Shown here piece by piece: positions 58,457 to 64,000 of a DNA stretch of 64,000 nt (within the stretch, counting starts at the first letter, position 1; every line of letters begins with the position of its first letter). The stretch spans positions 113,832,001 to 113,896,000 of the forward strand of contig OX597818.1 of the NCBI GenBank assembly GCA_951406725.2, written 5' to 3'. A program made the position numbers and the translations under genes. Source of the DNA: Octopus vulgaris. Its lineage: Eukaryota. The notes beneath the pieces were generated by a model that had not been told where the DNA came from, ran no database searches, and saw nothing but the letters and a program-made list of their open reading frames with translations.

Positions 58457-61400
58457 ACACACACACACAGTCACCTGTATATGCAACGAAATAGCTTTCT
58501 TTTGAATATCGTTTTCTCATTCGTCATTCATTCGGCATTTCCTTGCAAATAACGAAATATTAAACTTCAAATAAAAAAAAAAAACTTGTAATCTTGATAT
58601 GATATATAGATATAATGCAAAAATTATCACAGGTATTATCACAGTATCTCAAAAGAAACCTTTGTAATTTTTAATTAAGATAATTGAATAGAGGTGAGAG
58701 AGATGTAGCAAGGAAAGGAAGTGAAAGTGACGATGTGCAGCGGGAGAAAGACAAAATGTTTTAGAGGAAATTACAGAGCAAGCTTTATGAACGAAGTTTA
58801 TTAGAGAGAAAGAAAGCACATAGCAGTGAAAGAGAGGAAGACGTTAAAAAACACTAACTTCCATATATTATCTAACGATAAACGCAAATTCAGCTGATAC
58901 AGAAAACATTCTAGTGCTTTCATTTTTCCTAAGAACGTAGTTAACTTTCTTGTAAGTAACTGTGATATGATAAATAGACTGAATAAAACTTTTCAAAAAT
59001 ATTCTCAAATTATCTCGAAGAAAATTCTGCAATCACTTATTTTCAATGAAAACAAACAATTGAGTAGGGCGCTGTGGAGTAAGAGAGAGGGAGAGATGTC
59101 ACAGTAACTAAAAATTAGTTTTGTGATTTATCTCAGTGAATAAAAGTTATTTTAAGATTGAAGCATGTACTTATCTTTAATTATAAAAGAATTTTAAAAA
59201 CCTTACTTTGATAAAATATATTAAAATCGAATTTATATAAACTTTCTAGACATTTTAGAGTTAAATAATAGCTTTCTATTAGTGACAGTTACATAATTTC
59301 AGTTAAATAACAAACAGATTTATAATAGATATACTTTTATTATTAGTTTAAATTTGAAACAACTTCAAATCATTCAACGACAACAGTTATTACTATTACT
59401 AAAGCCACCCCCGTTACAATTATTACTACCATCGCTATGACACACACTACCACCAGCACCACTACTGATACTATTACGAGAACCACTTGAACAATAGCAT
59501 TTAATCTAGCTATTGTTGTTGTTGTTGTTCTTGTTGCGAGATTGCTCCAGTTCAGCCCTATTAAGCAGATTTATGCTTAGAAGTGTTTCAGCCATGACTG
59601 TTCCGTCTTGCTTCAGGTGTAAAGTATCTAGCATTATATTATTCAGAATACTTTTTTTTTCCCATTTAAAAAAGACGGTATGATTTGAAGTAGATTTGGC
59701 TGTTATTTTCTGTATGTCAAACCTCGAGGTAGAAGTACGCTCGTTTGTTTGTATAATATTGTGTTCGTGAACAAAGTATTGATGTTAACATCCAATGATA
59801 TTCATCATATTTGTCAAGAGAATGACTTATTTGCAAAGTGGTTTAATGGCAATATCTAATTCATTGGTGCTTTTAACACCCTTCAAGCAATTGGATTAGG
59901 TTTCCAGTGTTAAGTTATCAAGTTCTCTTATTTTTTTGCAATGAGTCTGAGAAAGGGTCAAACTCTACCTTTCATATTCTGACCCAGTATTTTTTTAAAT
60001 AGTTTGTGCAGTGCTAGAGTGAGGTACACACTCTTGATAAATATTTTTCGGCAGATGTGCAGATATCCTGCGGTGAACATAGAATTGATACTGCCCACGA
60101 CTCTCCTTGAATTTTCTGTCTCTCCTTCTGCACGAAAAGCATAGCATAAAATACACTTAAAACGTTGCTCCACCAAAATGCCCCCAGAGCTGAACCTCCT
60201 CCCTTGCTAGTTTCTAGCTACGCTCTTGCAAACATTCTATAACTAAATTTTAAATACCTACGATCCACGAATTTTTTTATGAAATTCTCAACTCGACTCA
60301 ATAACGTTATATTAAAAAAAGTCAAACCAACACAGGAGCCTCTATGCAGTCTCTTGCTTTGCTTGAAATAATAATTAAATCTAGCTCAAATCACATTCCG
60401 TCGAGAAATCGAAGGATACAAAATTACGATATAGTATACTAAGCCCGTCTAGTAAGTTCTTTTTTTTAATAATTTGTTGATCTGATCATAGACTTACAAA
60501 ACTTTTATCGATATCTCTATTCCCCAAAATTACATGATCATCTCAGAGTATAGTGGAATGAGTTCAAATGAGGGTTTACTCGATGTGTACAATCAGAAAA
60601 CTAATCTGTTATCAACGATAAGCTATTTTGATAAATAAACATTATGTATTGTATTCGAAGATCATTTAAATAAACTATTTATCAGCGAAAATGTACGATA
60701 TACATGTTCACTTAGATTTTCAACAGTGTAATAAAAAATAACACCGAAAACTATATAAAACGTGTAACAAAAACTATCTTCATTTTCTTACAACTTCAAA
60801 TACTTTTCGTTAAAACTAGAGAATCACCCTTTATTGCTGATAAAAATAGATAATCGATTGGTATTTATTTATGTAGAAATAATCAAGACTTATGTAGATA
60901 TAATCAAGTTTAGTCTACCAATATGCCCTCCTTTATTTTTTAAAATAAAATACCTTTTTCATAATCATGCTTTCATTATATATGATTGAAGACTGAATAA
61001 CATATGCAATATACAAATAAAATTAGTTCAGACGAAGACAGGTGTGTGAACAACAAGCGAGTGTATTAGTTTGAGGCTCGAAAAAGTGAAGACCGAAAAG
61101 TTAGATCAGGTAAGTTACACTAGTATGATAAATAGATAAAATATATTTTGATTAAAGTTTACATCCTTAATAAATTAGATATACCTGCTTAACTTCTAAC
61201 AACTGCATGTAGCTTTGTTTCTGGTTCGCATATAAAATTTTCCACCAGTCCCAGAAGGTGATACTGTCCAATTTGTGAACCACCGTGAAGCATTGACTCA
61301 GTAACCTTTTTTTACTATCGTGTGTTATTTAATATACATAAAAACGCCACAGCTGATGATGATTATGACGATGATAAAGATGATGATGATGATGAGGAGG

Positions 61401-61822
61401 AGGAGGAGGAGGAGGAGGTGGATATTAAGCTCCAGATAACTCAACCCTGACCGAGCAGATCTACAATCAAGACTTTCCATCTTTGATCATCCCGTCTTTT
61501 AGTTTACTATTCAGATTTCATATGCCTAGCACCACATTATCCAACAGAATGTCCTTTAATTTTTAGTTCTGGTTGTGAGGTTATACGTGTGTGTGTACAC
61601 ATATATATACGAGTATGTAGGAGTATAGGGGAGGGGGGAGGGTGTCTTTTTCTTTGTCACCCTACCACGCTTGACAACCGGTGTTGGTTTGTTTACGTTC
61701 CCGTAACTTAGCTATTCGGCAAAAGAGGGTGACAGAGTAAGTGCCTGGTTTAAAAGAATAATTCTTGGAGTTGATTTGTTCCGCTAAAAACGCTTCAAGG
61801 CGACGTCCCAGCATAACCATAT

Positions 61823-61914
<92 letters not shown>

Positions 61915-61979
61915 TCGACTAAAGGCGGTGCTCCAGCATGGCCGCAGTCAAATGACTGAAACAAGTAAAAGATATAAAA

Positions 61980-62018
<39 letters not shown>

Positions 62019-62521
62019 TATATACATACATATATGTCTCCTTAAGCGTTCAGAAAAATTTTACCATCGTCTTAACAGCCCCCATCGTTTGTTTTTATTG
62101 TTTTGTTCTCACTGTCCTGTTCTTGTTACCACTTTCACCCTCCGCAAAAAATCTCAAATTTTATTTAATTTGCTTTGCGGGAAGGACTGTTTCAACGAAG
62201 TCGCGTCTTGTCCTTACCTTTGGAACGCGAAGTAGTCGAAACAGGGACAACTGAAGAAGGGGAATATTCCTTGTGTTGTATGTCTTGTACTCTGTTTCTT
62301 TCATTGTTTGAAAAAATGTTCGTTTCTATGTTTTTGTTTTTATGTTTTCGTTTCTCATTGTGTTCCACGTTTTTTTTATGTCCTGTACCCATACATGCAT
62401 GTATATATACATATATATGTAGGTATGTACATATATGTATGTATATATGCATATATTTATATTATTTATATTATTATATGATCGAACGCTACGCATCCTT
62501 TTCCAAGTAACCTTTATATAT

Positions 62522-62563
<42 letters not shown>

Positions 62564-63168
62564 TTGCGTTTGTCTCTCTGCACCGTTGACGATCGGTTTT
62601 AATTTATTTATGTGCCCATGACTTACCGGCTTAACAAAAGAGACTAACACGATAAGTACCAGACTTTAAAAAAATAATTTCTACAGTTAATTTGTTCGAC
62701 ATAACCTTTCAGAGCGATGCCTCAGAATGGCTGCAGTCCAATGACTGAAACCAGTAAGAGATCTAAGATGAAGCTAAGTAAAATTTATGTGACAGAGATT
62801 TAGCTTGTATTTGCTTATTTTTAGCGAAGGTCAAACGCTGCAAGAAATTAGGTCAAAGACGGTGTTGTTATGAAGCCATAACTGTAACAGATACTTCCGC
62901 AACTCTACACAGAATCAAGAGAAGTGAGATACTAGAAGTAATTAAGAAAATATGTAGTGTTCCTGTGACAGTAACGTTGGCGCTGACTAGAAATTTGGAC
63001 TTAACGTTGGGATTAGTGTCAACAAATCACCAGAGAAACTCAGCAACAGATTTTCTTAATTACTGTATTAGTTTCGTTTCGTTATATTATCAATTCCATT
63101 AATTTGTTTGTTCGCTCGTGTGATGCGAAAATATGAGTATGAGTGTCTGTGTGTGTGTGTGTGTATGT

Positions 63169-63226
<58 letters not shown>

Positions 63227-63414
63227 ACGCGCGCGTGCGTGCATGCGTAAGTGTGTATGTTTGACGTATAAAATGCGTTATATGTTATCAATGAAAAATT
63301 CGGCAAAACGAATCAATATTCATATATAAAGCATATCCCTTGAATGTTATTCGAGTATCCTACAATTTAAGCCACCCACCATGAACTATATATATATATA
63401 TATATATATATGTA

Positions 63415-63770
63415 CGAGGGGGTACATTCTCTGTGGGACAATCCCGTTGTAGTACAGGCTTCCGCCGCTAGAATCCACTGGATGCAACCCTCAGGCATCA
63501 GTCTGCTAACCGACATCGTCGAGTGACGATGTATTGCCATTTTTGAGATGGCTGAAACGAAGTAACAGCGAGCTTCCGTTAAATTTCGTTTTCTGCTGGA
63601 GAAAACGGCGGCCGAATCCGTTGCCATGCTTCAGACAGCTCACAAAGATGATGCCATGACAAATGTTGCTGCAAAACACAGTTCATGGGTGGCTTTCAGG
63701 CTTTAGGTCACTTGTCGCTTGAAAACCAATCTCGTTCAGAGCGACCGTTGACCTCCCGAACGAATGATAA
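63415..63770 (+). mobile_element. 5' fragment of a mariner element
   Basis: TA-CGAGGGGGTAC terminus. MAETK*QRASVKFRFLLEKTAAESVAMLQTAHKDDAM and SLENQSRSERPLTSRTNDN are mariner N-terminal motifs. Truncated at (AAC)n/(AAT)n. Confidence 0.8.
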
Positions 63771-63792
63771 CAACAACAACAACAACAACAAC

Positions 63793-63832
<40 letters not shown>

Positions 63833-64000
63833 GTACTAACTGAATAATTTTATATAATGTCATTAGTACTTATGATCCAACAAATCCATCTACGAGATCG
63901 TGCTTCTTCCTAGATATACAAGCCAAATCTCCTTCAAATAACATCCTACCGTCTAACAACTGGAAAGTGTAGAATGGCTAATGGAGTACAGGTACACTGT

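Overview
AT-rich, microsatellite-saturated animal genomic DNA. The tRNA-derived SINEs and the (TA)n/(TATG)n/(CA)n density fit an octopus or other coleoid cephalopod; this is inference. Almost all ORF-track entries are microsatellite artefacts. One host gene is supported: the first coding exon of a TGF-beta/BMP ligand, most like ADMP (minus strand, 35825-35189, phase-1 GT donor). No further exon was recognised, so intron 1 probably exceeds 35 kb. The rest is transposon-derived: decayed Tc1/mariner elements, a hAT MITE, three non-autonomous Helitrons, R4/Dong-type, RTE and Penelope fragments, and many SINEs. The most striking signal is a set of hammerhead-ribozyme (HHR) elements read directly from the sequence. 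Two are retrozyme-like units with terminal direct repeats inside (TA)n tracts: a 478-bp period at 57182-57768 with a fully canonical type I HHR, and a 400-bp period at 45975-46401 with a slightly decayed HHR of the same design. One is a tRNA-headed SINE-like element ending in a minimal HHR. Several are Penelope-type inverted-repeat elements whose HHRs carry unusual cores (G3:C8 swap, U4C, A6U). All folds were assigned by eye and need computational and biochemical confirmation.
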